A stretch of 64,000 nt of DNA, from contig CALJMO010000052.1 in NCBI GenBank assembly GCA_937982065.1, positions 246,327-310,326 of the forward strand. The letters run 5' to 3'. Position numbers and translations under genes: made by a program. This document shows, piece after piece, positions 27,825 through 39,270 of this stretch (positions are counted from its first letter, which is position 1; each line of letters opens with the position of its first letter). The DNA comes from an uncultured Collinsella sp. (GTDB taxonomy: Bacteria > Actinomycetota > Coriobacteriia > Coriobacteriales > Coriobacteriaceae). The notes beneath the pieces are model-generated. The model saw only the letters and a list, made by a program, of their open reading frames with translations, was not told where the DNA came from and searched no databases.

Positions 27825-29105
27825 TTACTGCCTTGCGGCACGATCCAAATGCCGGCGTCCAAACAGCAGCAACGCCGCGGGAACTGCCGTCACGACCATG
27901 CCCGCCCCTACGAGCGTCTGCTGCACGCCAAACGTCGCCGCCAGCCACGGGGCAATCGCCAGCGGCGCCACGCCGGCGAACATGTTGCCAAAGCCCATGA
28001 CCGAGTTGACGCGGCCGAGCTGTCCGAGCGGGGCCGTCGTTTGCACGATCGTGTTGTGGAGCGGGTTGACGACGCCCCAGGCCACGCCCAGGGCAATCTG
28101 GCCGACAAGGGCTACGCCCACGTACGGCGTTCCCACGTAGAGCAGGCTTCCCAGACCCACGGACATGAGTGCCACGAGCAGCGTTTTGAGGCTGACGAAG
28201 CGCGGCGGCAAGCGGAGCGCGACCACGGCGCCCAGCACCGCGCCCACACCGCTGGCCGACGAGAGCCAGCCCATCCATTCGACACCGACGTGCAGAATAT
28301 CGCGGTAGAAGAACGACTCCAGCGGGTCAAAGGCGCCATAGCCGAAGTTCGAAAGAAAGATGATGCAGAACAGTAGGGCGAGAACGCTGTTGGTAAAGAC
28401 TGTCTTGATGCTGGTCGCGAAGGTTGCGCGGGTGGATTTGCTGGAGTCGGAGCTTTGTCCCGCACGCTCCCCTTCCTCCGCTGAATCGGCATCCGCATGC
28501 CCGGAGACATGGCTGGTCTGCGGCCTAAAGCTCCAACCGGCAATGAGCGCCAACGCGGTAAAGAGCATCATAAGCACGAACACCGCGCGCGACGACGCAG
28601 CCGCCGCGATAAAGCCGCCCAGTGTGGGGCCAACGATGATACTCACGTTTGAAAACATGGCGATGGCGGAGTTGATGTCTTTGAGCTCGACAGGATCGTT
28701 GGTGAGGTAGGCTGGATAGGATGTGGCGATGGGCTGGGCGAACCCCATCACAAAGCCCAGGAGCGCCGCACCGAGCAGGACGATGCCGGTCGCGCTGCCA
28801 AAAACGAGGATCGCCGCGCCGGTTGCCAGCGTACCCACGATGCTCAGCAAGAAATGGTGGCGCGGGCCCCAGGCGTCGAGCGCAGCGCCGCCCGCAAAGG
28901 ATCCCAGGATCACGAATACGTTCATAAACAGAACGGCCAGCGATGTCGCCACGACCGAGGCATCGTCTGCATAGGTGAGCGTTCCGATGACACCGATAAA
29001 GTAGCTGGTCTGAAAACCGGTGTAGATGAGAAAGCGCATCGCCACCAGGCGCTTGGCCTGCACGGACAGCGATGGTTGAGGTTTTGAGAAAAGAGAGGCG
29101 AGCAT
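27825..29105 (-). CDS. MFS transporter
   Basis: ~12 TM segments; RBS AAGGAG before MLASLF. Confidence 0.8.
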   Translation of the reverse strand: MLASLFSKPQPSLSVQAKRLVAMRFLIYTGFQTSYFIGVIGTLTYADDASVVATSLAVLFMNVFVILGSFAGGAALDAWGPRHHFLLSIVGTLATGAAILVFGSATGIVLLGAALLGFVMGFAQPIATSYPAYLTNDPVELKDINSAIAMFSNVSIIVGPTLGGFIAAAASSRAVFVLMMLFTALALIAGWSFRPQTSHVSGHADADSAEEGERAGQSSDSSKSTRATFATSIKTVFTNSVLALLFCIIFLSNFGYGAFDPLESFFYRDILHVGVEWMGWLSSASGVGAVLGAVVALRLPPRFVSLKTLLVALMSVGLGSLLYVGTPYVGVALVGQIALGVAWGVVNPLHNTIVQTTAPLGQLGRVNSVMGFGNMFAGVAPLAIAPWLAATFGVQQTLVGAGMVVTAVPAALLLFGRRHLDRAARQ

Positions 29106-29279
29106 GGAGACTCCTTGTTTCATACGAATGCGGACGGCGGGCATTCGCCACCGCCTGTCAAATCAATCTATCCGCATGAAACATTAAGGACACATCAAGC
29201 CCCTTCTCTCCGTTTTTCGCCCGTCGTGGACTACTTGGTAGATTATAAGGCATGTCCCACACATCTACTAAAGCAAAAT

Positions 29280-29312
29280 CCACCACAAAGGTGCCCGGCC
29301 CCTTTGTGGTGG
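29280..29312. repeat. REP family A hairpin
   Basis: ccaccacaaaggtgcccggcccctttgtggtgg. Confidence 0.7.
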
Positions 29313-29370
29313 AAATGACGTTTGCCCAGATAAAACCTGCCAAAATAAACCTGTCTCTTTTTGGCAGGTT

Positions 29371-30660
29371 TTAGGCCAGATAATCTTGAATCAGGTCGCA
29401 GATGGCTCGGGCGTCGTTGATGTTGATGGCTCGGGTCGCAAAGCCGGCGTCGAAGGCCTGACGCGCCAGGGCCTCGTTGCAGGCAAGGGCCAGCGTGTGA
29501 CCGTCGACCAGGTCGAGCGAGCTCTTGCCGCGCAGACGGTCGACACCGGAGCGCGCGACCACGATGTTGTCGAAGCCCTCAGTCTTGTAGCCCTCGATGA
29601 TCACCACGTCGACATCGTTGTAGCGCGACAGCAGCTCGCGCGCGGGCATCTCGTCCTCCTCGCGCGTGTCGGCGTACTCCGCCCAGCGCGTGGCGCAGAT
29701 GAGGCCCACGTGTTTGGATCCGGCCTGGTGATGGCGCCAGGTGTCCTTAGCGGGCACATCGATATCAAAGCCGTGATGTCCATGATGCTTGAGCGAACCC
29801 ACGCGCAGGCCGCGGCGGGTGAGCTCGGCGATAACCTTCTCGACGAGCGTGGTCTTGCCCGAGTTCTGGTAGCCGATAAACGCAATCGCAGGGACGGTTG
29901 GAGCGGGCGCGACGGCGACGGGTGTGCTCGCGGGCGCGTTACCGTCTGCGGTGGCGGCCTCAACGGCAGCGGTCTGGCGCCCTGCGCGGTCCCACACGCC
30001 CGAGCGGCCGCCCTCCTTGTGCAGCAGGCGCACGTCGACAATCTCCATACCGCGATCGACGGCCTTGCACATGTCGTAGACGGTCAGACACGCGGCACTC
30101 GCGCCGGTCAGGGCCTCCATCTCGATACCCGTCTTGCCCGTCACGCCGGCCGTAACCAGTACGTGAAAGCCAACCTGCCCGTCCGCGCGCGCCGACGCCC
30201 AGCCCTCGGGCACGTCCTCGGCCGGCGTCCCCGCCGCAGCGATGGGCGCAATGTCGCACTTGCTCTTGGTAATGAGCAGCGGATGGCACATGGGGATGAT
30301 GTCGCTCGTGCGCTTGATGGCCATGATGCCCGCCACGCGCGCGCAGGCGAGCACGTCGCCCTTTTTGGCGCGGTCCTGCAGCACCATGGCCTGCGTCTCG
30401 GGATGCATGAGGATGGTGCCCTCGGCGATGGCAATGCGATGGGTCTCGGCCTTGTCGGACACGTCGACCATGCGCACCTCGCCCTTGGCGTCCACGTGCG
30501 TCAGCTCGTCGCGACGGGCGTCGCGGGCGGGCTCGGTGGCAGCGCTGGCAGTCGACTGCGCGCCTGCAACGGCATCGCTGGCCGCAGCCGTGACTTTGTG
30601 GGCAGACATCGCGGCCCTGCGAGCGGCCTTGGTGGCATCGGCGTACCTGCTCTTGGCCAT
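29371..30660 (-). CDS. moaC-mobB: Bifunctional MoaC (cyclic pyranopterin monophosphate synthase) – MobB (molybdopterin-guanine dinucleotide biosynthesis adaptor) fusion
   Basis: N-terminal half 'HVDAKGEVRMVDVSDK…CHPL' is MoaC-like; C-terminal half carries the P-loop 'IGYQNSGKTTL' read as MobB-like. Confidence 0.75.
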   Translation of the reverse strand: MAKSRYADATKAARRAAMSAHKVTAAASDAVAGAQSTASAATEPARDARRDELTHVDAKGEVRMVDVSDKAETHRIAIAEGTILMHPETQAMVLQDRAKKGDVLACARVAGIMAIKRTSDIIPMCHPLLITKSKCDIAPIAAAGTPAEDVPEGWASARADGQVGFHVLVTAGVTGKTGIEMEALTGASAACLTVYDMCKAVDRGMEIVDVRLLHKEGGRSGVWDRAGRQTAAVEAATADGNAPASTPVAVAPAPTVPAIAFIGYQNSGKTTLVEKVIAELTRRGLRVGSLKHHGHHGFDIDVPAKDTWRHHQAGSKHVGLICATRWAEYADTREEDEMPARELLSRYNDVDVVIIEGYKTEGFDNIVVARSGVDRLRGKSSLDLVDGHTLALACNEALARQAFDAGFATRAININDARAICDLIQDYLA

Positions 30661-30664
30661 ATGA

Positions 30665-31720
30665 TCATCCTCCGATTTGGGACATAAATCGTTGCGTGCC
30701 CTCAATTATCGCGTGTTCCTGCGGTTTGTGGGCCACGGCATCGCGCCAAATCGAAAGTACCTGCATATCATCACCACGGCGCAGCGCCTCACGCACCGAA
30801 TACTCGGCATCGCTGAACAGGCACGGACGCACGTTGCCATCGGCCGTCAGGCGCAGACGGTTGCAATTCGCACAAAAATGGTTGGACATGGCGCTGATAA
30901 AGCCGACCGTTCCCGCCGCGCCCGGAAAGTGCCAATAGCGCGCAGGGCCCGCGCCGGCAGGAGCGTCGTTGATGTCGAGCGGCTCGAGCTCGCCCAGCCC
31001 CACCGTGGCGGCCCCGGCATTGATGCGCGCCCGCAGCTCGTCACTCGGCACGGTATCGCTCGCGTCCCACAGTTCGGGATTGAGCGCGGGCGCATGCGGG
31101 TCCACAGCGCAATGCGAGCTCGTGCGCTCGTCGCCGATGGGCATATATTCGATAAAGCGCAGGTGGATGGGGCGGTCGAGCGTGAGTCGCGCGAGGGCCG
31201 CCACATCCTGGTTGAGCCGGCGCACCACAACGCAGTTGACCTTAAGGGGCTCAAAGCCCCAAGCCAGCGCCGCGTCGACGCCAGCCATGGTCTGTTCGAG
31301 CCGGCCCAGGCGCGTGATCTTTCCAAAGAGCGCGGGGTCGAGCGTGTCGAGCGAGATGTTAACGCGGTTAAGACCGGCATCTTTGAGCTGCGGTGCCAGC
31401 TTGGGCAGCAGGGCGCCATTGGTGGTAAGCGAGATGTCCTCGATCTGCGGAATCGCGCGGATGTCGCGGATGAGCGGAATGATACGGCGGCTGACCAGCG
31501 GCTCGCCGCCCGTCAGGCGCACGCGGCGAATGCCCTCTCCCGCCACCAAGCGCACAAAGCGGGCGATTTCCTCGGCGCTGAGCAGCTCGTCGTGCGCGCG
31601 GGGCGCCACGCCATCGGCCGGCATGCAGTAGATGCAGCGGAAATTGCACTTGTCGGTAACGGCAATGCGCAGGTAGTTGATATCGCGGCCAAAGCCGTCA
31701 TGTTGCACGTGCCCGCCCAC
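30665..31720 (-). CDS. moaA: GTP 3',8-cyclase MoaA (radical SAM)
   Basis: 'CNFRCIYCMP' radical-SAM cluster motif. Confidence 0.9.
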   Translation of the reverse strand: MGGHVQHDGFGRDINYLRIAVTDKCNFRCIYCMPADGVAPRAHDELLSAEEIARFVRLVAGEGIRRVRLTGGEPLVSRRIIPLIRDIRAIPQIEDISLTTNGALLPKLAPQLKDAGLNRVNISLDTLDPALFGKITRLGRLEQTMAGVDAALAWGFEPLKVNCVVVRRLNQDVAALARLTLDRPIHLRFIEYMPIGDERTSSHCAVDPHAPALNPELWDASDTVPSDELRARINAGAATVGLGELEPLDINDAPAGAGPARYWHFPGAAGTVGFISAMSNHFCANCNRLRLTADGNVRPCLFSDAEYSVREALRRGDDMQVLSIWRDAVAHKPQEHAIIEGTQRFMSQIGG

Positions 31721-31855
31721 GCGGCCCTCCCCTCACGCGGCGTTTTATTCTTCGGAAAACATAATACCCCACGATAGAATCATGCCGACACCCGTACGAC
31801 AGGACAGGTCGCTTCGAGCAAGTCCGGCTTCCCAAGCCCATCCTCAGCATACAAA

Positions 31856-31914
31856 CCATCACAACATTCGATGCTTTTCCCGTTTTTGGCAATAAACGTC
31901 GAATGATGTGATGG
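31856..31914. repeat. REP family B hairpin (subfamily with 'cttttcccgtttttggc' loop)
   Basis: Near-identical to 33098-33156. Confidence 0.7.
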
Positions 31915-31955
31915 TTAGCCTGCCCACGGCACCCCGTAGAAGGACCAAAGCGTCC

Positions 31956-32993
31956 CTAAAGGCCGCCGTCCCAGTGCCGAATCACGAATTCTCGCAGGTC
32001 GTTTTGACGTTTCTGGAACGCTTCGCTTCGGTCGCACTTAAGACCCATAGCGAGCGCGATGGCATTCATCGCCCGGTGCAATTGCAGCTGATGGGCAAAC
32101 TGAGTCCCGGTGAGGACGATCATCCTAAAGCCCAGCGCGCTCAGCACGGTCATACGCTCCGCATCCGACGCGCTGCGCTGTTTATCAAGATGGTCCGAGC
32201 CGTTGTATTCAATCCCCGTACCGCTCGCAGGCGCATATACGTCGATTTCGAAATACCCGGCCTTAGCGAGATACTTGAACTCGTTGGGAACATCGACCCA
32301 ATGGTTGAGCTCGACCTTGGCGTATCCCAGCCCGCCCTGGGAACGTTTTGCTACGATCATGATTGCGGTGGCCGTCTCCATGGGCGACCGCGCGCCATCG
32401 TGCACGCGCTTGAGCACGGCGGCCGCGCGTATAGCCCCCTGACGAGATCGGTTCTCGTTGCAATAAACAATCAAGTCGGCAACGGTGTGCCTCTGCCCCA
32501 TCTCGATATAATCGCCTGTCGACAGATGATTCAAATGGTAACGGGCGCAGATTTCATACCCATATTCCAGCTGCTCGGGCTCGCTCATCCACGAACCCGC
32601 CTGGACAAAACACATGGCCTCATCAACCACCAGAAGGCCCTCTGCCACCTCAATAAGATGGTCTGGAGGTACCGGCGCTCCAAACACGTGGCACCTAAAT
32701 CCAGCCGGCGTCGAGCGCTCAAAATCGAAGTTGACGAGCGTGTCGATATGATCGAGCTCTTCTCGTGGAATACCAAGCGAGACCAGATAGTCGGCAACGA
32801 TCCCAACTGCCATTGAAGCCCTCAGCCCCTTGGCATCGAGTCCCAATTTGGGCAGGCTCGCGGTCGGCTCCGCCTCGCTAGCAAGCGAGTCCTCATCGTA
32901 TAGGCTGCTTGCTCGCGAGAGCGGCTCGGACGGGCGCGCCACGTTGTGGTACAGCCAGGCAGTCTTATGGGACAGGACGATCGGCAAGTCCAT
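31956..32993 (-). CDS. DUF559/Vsr-like endonuclease-domain protein
   Basis: C-terminal 'IEYNGSDHL…DAERMTVLSALGFRMIVL' matches the DUF559 pattern. Confidence 0.55.
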   Translation of the reverse strand: MDLPIVLSHKTAWLYHNVARPSEPLSRASSLYDEDSLASEAEPTASLPKLGLDAKGLRASMAVGIVADYLVSLGIPREELDHIDTLVNFDFERSTPAGFRCHVFGAPVPPDHLIEVAEGLLVVDEAMCFVQAGSWMSEPEQLEYGYEICARYHLNHLSTGDYIEMGQRHTVADLIVYCNENRSRQGAIRAAAVLKRVHDGARSPMETATAIMIVAKRSQGGLGYAKVELNHWVDVPNEFKYLAKAGYFEIDVYAPASGTGIEYNGSDHLDKQRSASDAERMTVLSALGFRMIVLTGTQFAHQLQLHRAMNAIALAMGLKCDRSEAFQKRQNDLREFVIRHWDGGL

Positions 32994-33097
32994 GAGCCCT
33001 CCAATGGAGTCGGATAACCAGCCTTATTCCCCTGCCCACGGGTCCGCACACCTTCGTGCGCAAGAAAGCGATTCCACCCGGTCGAGTGGCAGAAAAA

Positions 33098-33156
33098 CCA
33101 TCACAACATTCGATGCTTTTCCCGTTTTTGGCGAAAAACGTCGAATGTTGTGATGG
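33098..33156. repeat. REP family B hairpin
   Basis: Direct-orientation partner of 31856-31914. Confidence 0.7.
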
Positions 33157-33310
33157 TTTGAGGCGAGGTGAGGCGCACGGAGGGGCCAAAGCATCGTGCT
33201 TGGAGCGTGACTATTTTCGCCCCACTGCCAACACAAACCTTGACTCTACAATCGTTGTAGGGTTTTCACTACACTGGTACGTAAACAGACCAAGCCAGAA
33301 AGCCCCGCCC

Positions 33311-34657
33311 ATGGAACACGACCTCACACGCGGCAATGTCCTTAAGACCATCGCGGTCTTTGCCTTGCCCTATATGCTCTCGTACTTTTTGCAGATGCTC
33401 TACGGCATGGCCGACCTGTACATGATGGGGCAGTTTAGCGGTGCCGCCGGCATCACCGCCGTGGGCAATGGCGCGCAGACGCTCTACATCATTACCGTGA
33501 CGCTCGTGGGCCTGGCCATGGGAACGACGGTCATCGTCGGCCACGCCGTGGGTTCGCGCCGGTTTGACCGCGCCGAGACCGCCATCGGCAACACCATCAC
33601 GCTCTTTATGGGTATCTCGGTGGTGCTGGCCGTCATCTTATTTGCACTATGCCCGCAGGTTGTAGCGCTCATTGGCACGCCTGCCGAGGCGGTCGAAGGC
33701 ACCGCCGCCTACCTGCGTATCTGCTTTGTCGGCATTCCCTTTATCGCCGCGTACAACATCCTTTCGGCCATCTTTCGCGGCCTGGGCGATTCGCGCTCGC
33801 CCATGTACGTAATCGGCGTGGCATGCATCATTAACATCGCGCTCGATTTTCTGTTTATCGGCCACATGGGGCTCGGCCCCGTGGGCGCGGCGCTCGGCAC
33901 GGTAACCGCCCAGACGGCAAGCGTTGCCCTCGCGCTCGTGTGGCTCAAGAGCCGTCGCACGAACATCCACGTTAAGCGCAGCGACCTGCGCCCCCAGCCC
34001 GAGGTTCTCGGCAGCATTCTTAAGATCGGCGTGCCTGTGGCTGTGCAGGACGGCTGCATCCAGGTGGCGTTTATGTTTATCACCGTCATCGCCAACCACC
34101 GAGGACTCGTCGACGCCGCCGCCGTGGGCCTGGTCGAGAAGATGATCAGCTTTTTGTTCATTGTGCCGAGCTCCATGGGTGCCACCGTCAGCGCGCTCAC
34201 GGCGCAAAACGCCGGCGTGGGCAAGGGCGACCGCGCACGTCAGGTGCTCAAAGACGCCATGACCATCTCGGTAGTGTATGGCTGCCTGATCACGGTGCTG
34301 ATGTGGCTGGTGGCGCCGGCGTTTATCGGCTTTTTTGCCAAGGACCCCGCAGTGGTCGCCGCCGGCACCGGTTATATGCACAGCTACATTTTCGACGCAA
34401 TCTTTGCCGGCATCCACATTTGCTTTAGCGGCTTTTTCGCTGCGTATGGCAAGAGCTACATCGGCTTTGCGCACAACGTGCTGGCCGTGGCGCTCATTCG
34501 CGTGCCCGGCGCCTGGCTGCTGTCGAACGCCTATTCCGACACGCTGTTTCCCATGGGCATCGCTTCGCCGTGCGGATCGATTTTGTCGGCGGTCATCTGT
34601 GTTGTCGCGTTTACCGTACTCAACCGGCGCGGAGCTTTTGACAAGCTGGTGGCGTAG
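33311..34657 (+). CDS. MATE-family efflux transporter
   Basis: 12-TM profile; N-terminus MEHDLTRGNVLKTIAVFALPYMLSY typical of MATE. Confidence 0.8.
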   Translation: MEHDLTRGNVLKTIAVFALPYMLSYFLQMLYGMADLYMMGQFSGAAGITAVGNGAQTLYIITVTLVGLAMGTTVIVGHAVGSRRFDRAETAIGNTITLFMGISVVLAVILFALCPQVVALIGTPAEAVEGTAAYLRICFVGIPFIAAYNILSAIFRGLGDSRSPMYVIGVACIINIALDFLFIGHMGLGPVGAALGTVTAQTASVALALVWLKSRRTNIHVKRSDLRPQPEVLGSILKIGVPVAVQDGCIQVAFMFITVIANHRGLVDAAAVGLVEKMISFLFIVPSSMGATVSALTAQNAGVGKGDRARQVLKDAMTISVVYGCLITVLMWLVAPAFIGFFAKDPAVVAAGTGYMHSYIFDAIFAGIHICFSGFFAAYGKSYIGFAHNVLAVALIRVPGAWLLSNAYSDTLFPMGIASPCGSILSAVICVVAFTVLNRRGAFDKLVA

Positions 34658-34712
34658 CGAGGCAACGCGAAATCGCCCTCATCGACGATATCATCAGCGA
34701 CGACCCGGCGAC

Positions 34713-34792
34713 CTACGTGACGCAGATCACGGTGCCGGTTGTTCCGGCAAAGTAAGAACCTCCCGAAAGGCATCGTGCTTCCGGGAGGTTCT
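34713..34792. repeat. Boundary repeat L: 'acctacgtgacgcagatcacggtgccgg' plus terminator-like hairpin gtaagaacctcccg…cgggaggttcttac
   Basis: Paralogous copy at 36489-36575. Confidence 0.65.
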
Positions 34793-34794
34793 TA

Positions 34795-35130
34795 CTAATC
34801 ATCATCCAGCAACTCGAATCGATTTCTAGATATCACCAATGCAGCATAATCTTGGCTTTGGTGAAAAATATGGGCAATCACAACGTCCTCGTTATCGTAG
34901 TAATAAAGCATTACATAAGAATTAACGAGGCAAGCATGGTAACCAAGCACTGCAAGCTCGGGTAACTTCGATAAGCCGTAGTCAACTACACCACTTTAAA
35001 GAAGCTGGAGCTGGCTACGGTATTTATCAAGAAAGTGCCGGGCAGTAAAAATACCATGCCCCAATAGATAATCAACGATATCGTCAACTTCTTGTTCAGC
35101 TGAAGGCAGAATCTTGACGTTATAGGCCAT
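34795..35130 (-). pseudogene. parE: ParE/RelE-family toxin interrupted by an in-frame TAA (34996-34998)
   Basis: N-terminal part MAYNVKILPSAEQEVDDIVDYL…; the same frame continues after TAA as …LYYYDNEDVVIAHIFHQSQDY… (ParE C-terminal region). Confidence 0.6.
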
Positions 35131-35389
35131 ATTTTGCCTCAAGGTCATCGAGAGCCTCAAAGGCATCACGTGCCGTACCAGCAGCACGCTCCCGTTCGGC
35201 CACAGCTATACGAGCCATCAGACGAGCCTTAGCCTGTTCCTGAACCATGAGGTCGTAGTCCTCGGATCGAAGTACAACAAATTTGCTATAGCCGTTTTTT
35301 GTAACAGTCACTGGACCAGTAGTAGTTTCAACGAGCTCCGAGAATTTCGCGGTGTCCCGCATATCTTTAATTGGAACGCAAACGGGCAT
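35120..35389 (-). CDS. Phd/YefM-family antitoxin
   Basis: 'TAKFSELVETTTGPVTVTKNGYSKFVVL'; its stop overlaps the toxin start by 11 nt. Confidence 0.7.
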   Translation of the reverse strand: MPVCVPIKDMRDTAKFSELVETTTGPVTVTKNGYSKFVVLRSEDYDLMVQEQAKARLMARIAVAERERAAGTARDAFEALDDLEAKYGL

Positions 35390-35497
35390 GGCACACTCCT
35401 AACATAATTGTGTACATAATTATGAAGTATAGCTCAGCTAACGAGCGTCGGCTACAGGAGAACTACCATGTCGAGGACAGTCCCCGATATGGCGGTT

Positions 35498-35920
35498 TTA
35501 CTCCTCCGGAATCGGAAACGCACGGATGAACTCTGCAGGCGAGAAGGTCTTGATGGTCGAGCGCACAAAAGCGGCGCGGTCACGCGTGATGATAAAGTCC
35601 ACGCCGGCACGCTCGGCCATCGCACGGATACAGCCGTCCTCAAAGTCCGGCTCATCGGAATAGGCGGAGGTAAAACAAGCCTCTTGGTCGAGAGGCTCTA
35701 CCGAGTAGCTCTTAAGGCAGTCGCGCACTACCTCGCGCCCGCGCGCCTCGCCGGCCTGTTTGGTGAGAATGTAGTACGCGTCCTTGAGAGAGCAGGCCGA
35801 AACAACGCCTTCGATAAGCCCCACGTCGACGAGCCCCTTGATCGTTTGCGCCGCTGCGTGCTCCGGCCGGCCCGGAAGCACGCAATCGAGCAGAAAATTG
35901 GTATCGAGAAATGCTCTCAT
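35498..35920 (-). CDS. vapC: PIN-domain toxin (VapC-like)
   Basis: 'MRAFLDTNFLLD' PIN N-terminus; ATGA overlap with the upstream antitoxin. Confidence 0.7.
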   Translation of the reverse strand: MRAFLDTNFLLDCVLPGRPEHAAAQTIKGLVDVGLIEGVVSACSLKDAYYILTKQAGEARGREVVRDCLKSYSVEPLDQEACFTSAYSDEPDFEDGCIRAMAERAGVDFIITRDRAAFVRSTIKTFSPAEFIRAFPIPEE

Positions 35921-36309
35921 AGGTAGCGCTCCCTCGCGACGCGCTTTTCATCTTCAACCGTCATCGTATCGAGCGGCGTTCCCTTTGGCATGTTAGCCAC
36001 GATATCGAGATACTCCTGGTAGTCCTCATTCTCCGCGAGCATCTCGCGAATCTCCTTCCAGGTGATCTTGGGATGCCACATCGTACCCACGTCGCGCTTG
36101 GGCTTGCCCGTGTCGCACGTCGGTTTTGCGCCCCCACGCTCCTGGGCAGCGTCATATTCCACCGTAACTGGACCTTCATAGTCGAGTGGCACGATCTTGA
36201 ACAACGGCTTGCTCCGCTTGAAGACCACAACCTCCTCGCCCTCATTGGCAACCTTTTCGGCCACCTGCGTAAGGTTTTGGCGCAGTTCCGAAAACGCGAC
36301 CGTAACCAT
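35917..36309 (-). CDS. Phd/YefM-type antitoxin with a C-terminal extension
   Basis: 'VTVAFSELRQNLTQVAEKVANEGEEVVVFKRSKPLFKIVP'. Confidence 0.65.
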   Translation of the reverse strand: MVTVAFSELRQNLTQVAEKVANEGEEVVVFKRSKPLFKIVPLDYEGPVTVEYDAAQERGGAKPTCDTGKPKRDVGTMWHPKITWKEIREMLAENEDYQEYLDIVANMPKGTPLDTMTVEDEKRVARERYL

Positions 36310-36488
36310 AACTGCTCCTCTCAACATATATCTTCACTGCTGAGTATACACGTTAATGTTAATGTTAAAGTGTATAAAACTCATCACAATGGGGCAGCCC
36401 CGTTGTGGGACCTCACTGCGGGGCCCCTTTGCTTTGCATGAATCTTCTATCGCTCCGGAACGGCACCGCTCCGCAGGGTCACCCTCAG

Positions 36489-36575
36489 CAACCTACATGA
36501 CGCAGATCACGGTGCCCGCCATCACGCCCAAATAAAAACCTCCCGGAAAGTATCAACCTTTCCGGGAGGTTTTCT
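36489..36575. repeat. Boundary repeat R: 'acctacatgacgcagatcacggtgcccg' plus hairpin aaacctcccggaaag…ctttccgggaggttt
   Basis: Same orientation as 34713-34792. Confidence 0.65.
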
Positions 36576-36593
36576 AATTTGATTATCGATGTC

Positions 36594-38894
<2,301 letters not shown>

Positions 38895-38931
38895 TCAAAC
38901 CGCACCGAAACGGCAGCCGCCAGACTGGGGT

Positions 38932-39133
38932 GGACAGTTAGTTCAGATACGTATAAATCCTAGAGCTGGATCGGGCACAAACACCTCTGTTTCGACTAAT
39001 TTTGGGTTCCTCGAGACCATGTAAACGTCCCACTCTCCCTTCCAAACACCCATCCGAGCCCCATCCCAATCAAAAATTGCTCAAAACGCATCCCAAGCTG
39101 CCCCAGATTTATACGTATATGAACTAACTGTCC
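38932..39133. mobile_element. MITE-like 202-bp element with 28-bp terminal inverted repeats (GGACAGTTAGTTCAGATACGTATAAATC), 1 mismatch
   Basis: Read directly; partial related sequence at ~58010-58160. Confidence 0.6.
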
Positions 39134-39270
39134 AGACCATTACGAACCAGGCCTCATGCCAGCCACAAGTGATCCGTTTTCCTCCGTCCCCAACGGATCA
39201 ATAAGAAAAGAGGGGCTGTCCCGCGTTGATGGGACAGCCCCTCTGGTTTCGATATATGCGATACGGCTCG

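Noticed and set aside
31720-31955. Moco riboswitch in the moaA leader
   Set aside because: The only conspicuous structure is a REP-B hairpin that is also found in unrelated intergenic regions. A covariance model was not run, so this stays unresolved rather than called.
34713-36575. Integron cassette/attC interpretation of the TA-island boundary repeats
   Set aside because: No GTTRRRY core sites and no intI nearby. The repeats read as duplicated gene 3' ends plus terminators rather than attC-like imperfect palindromes.
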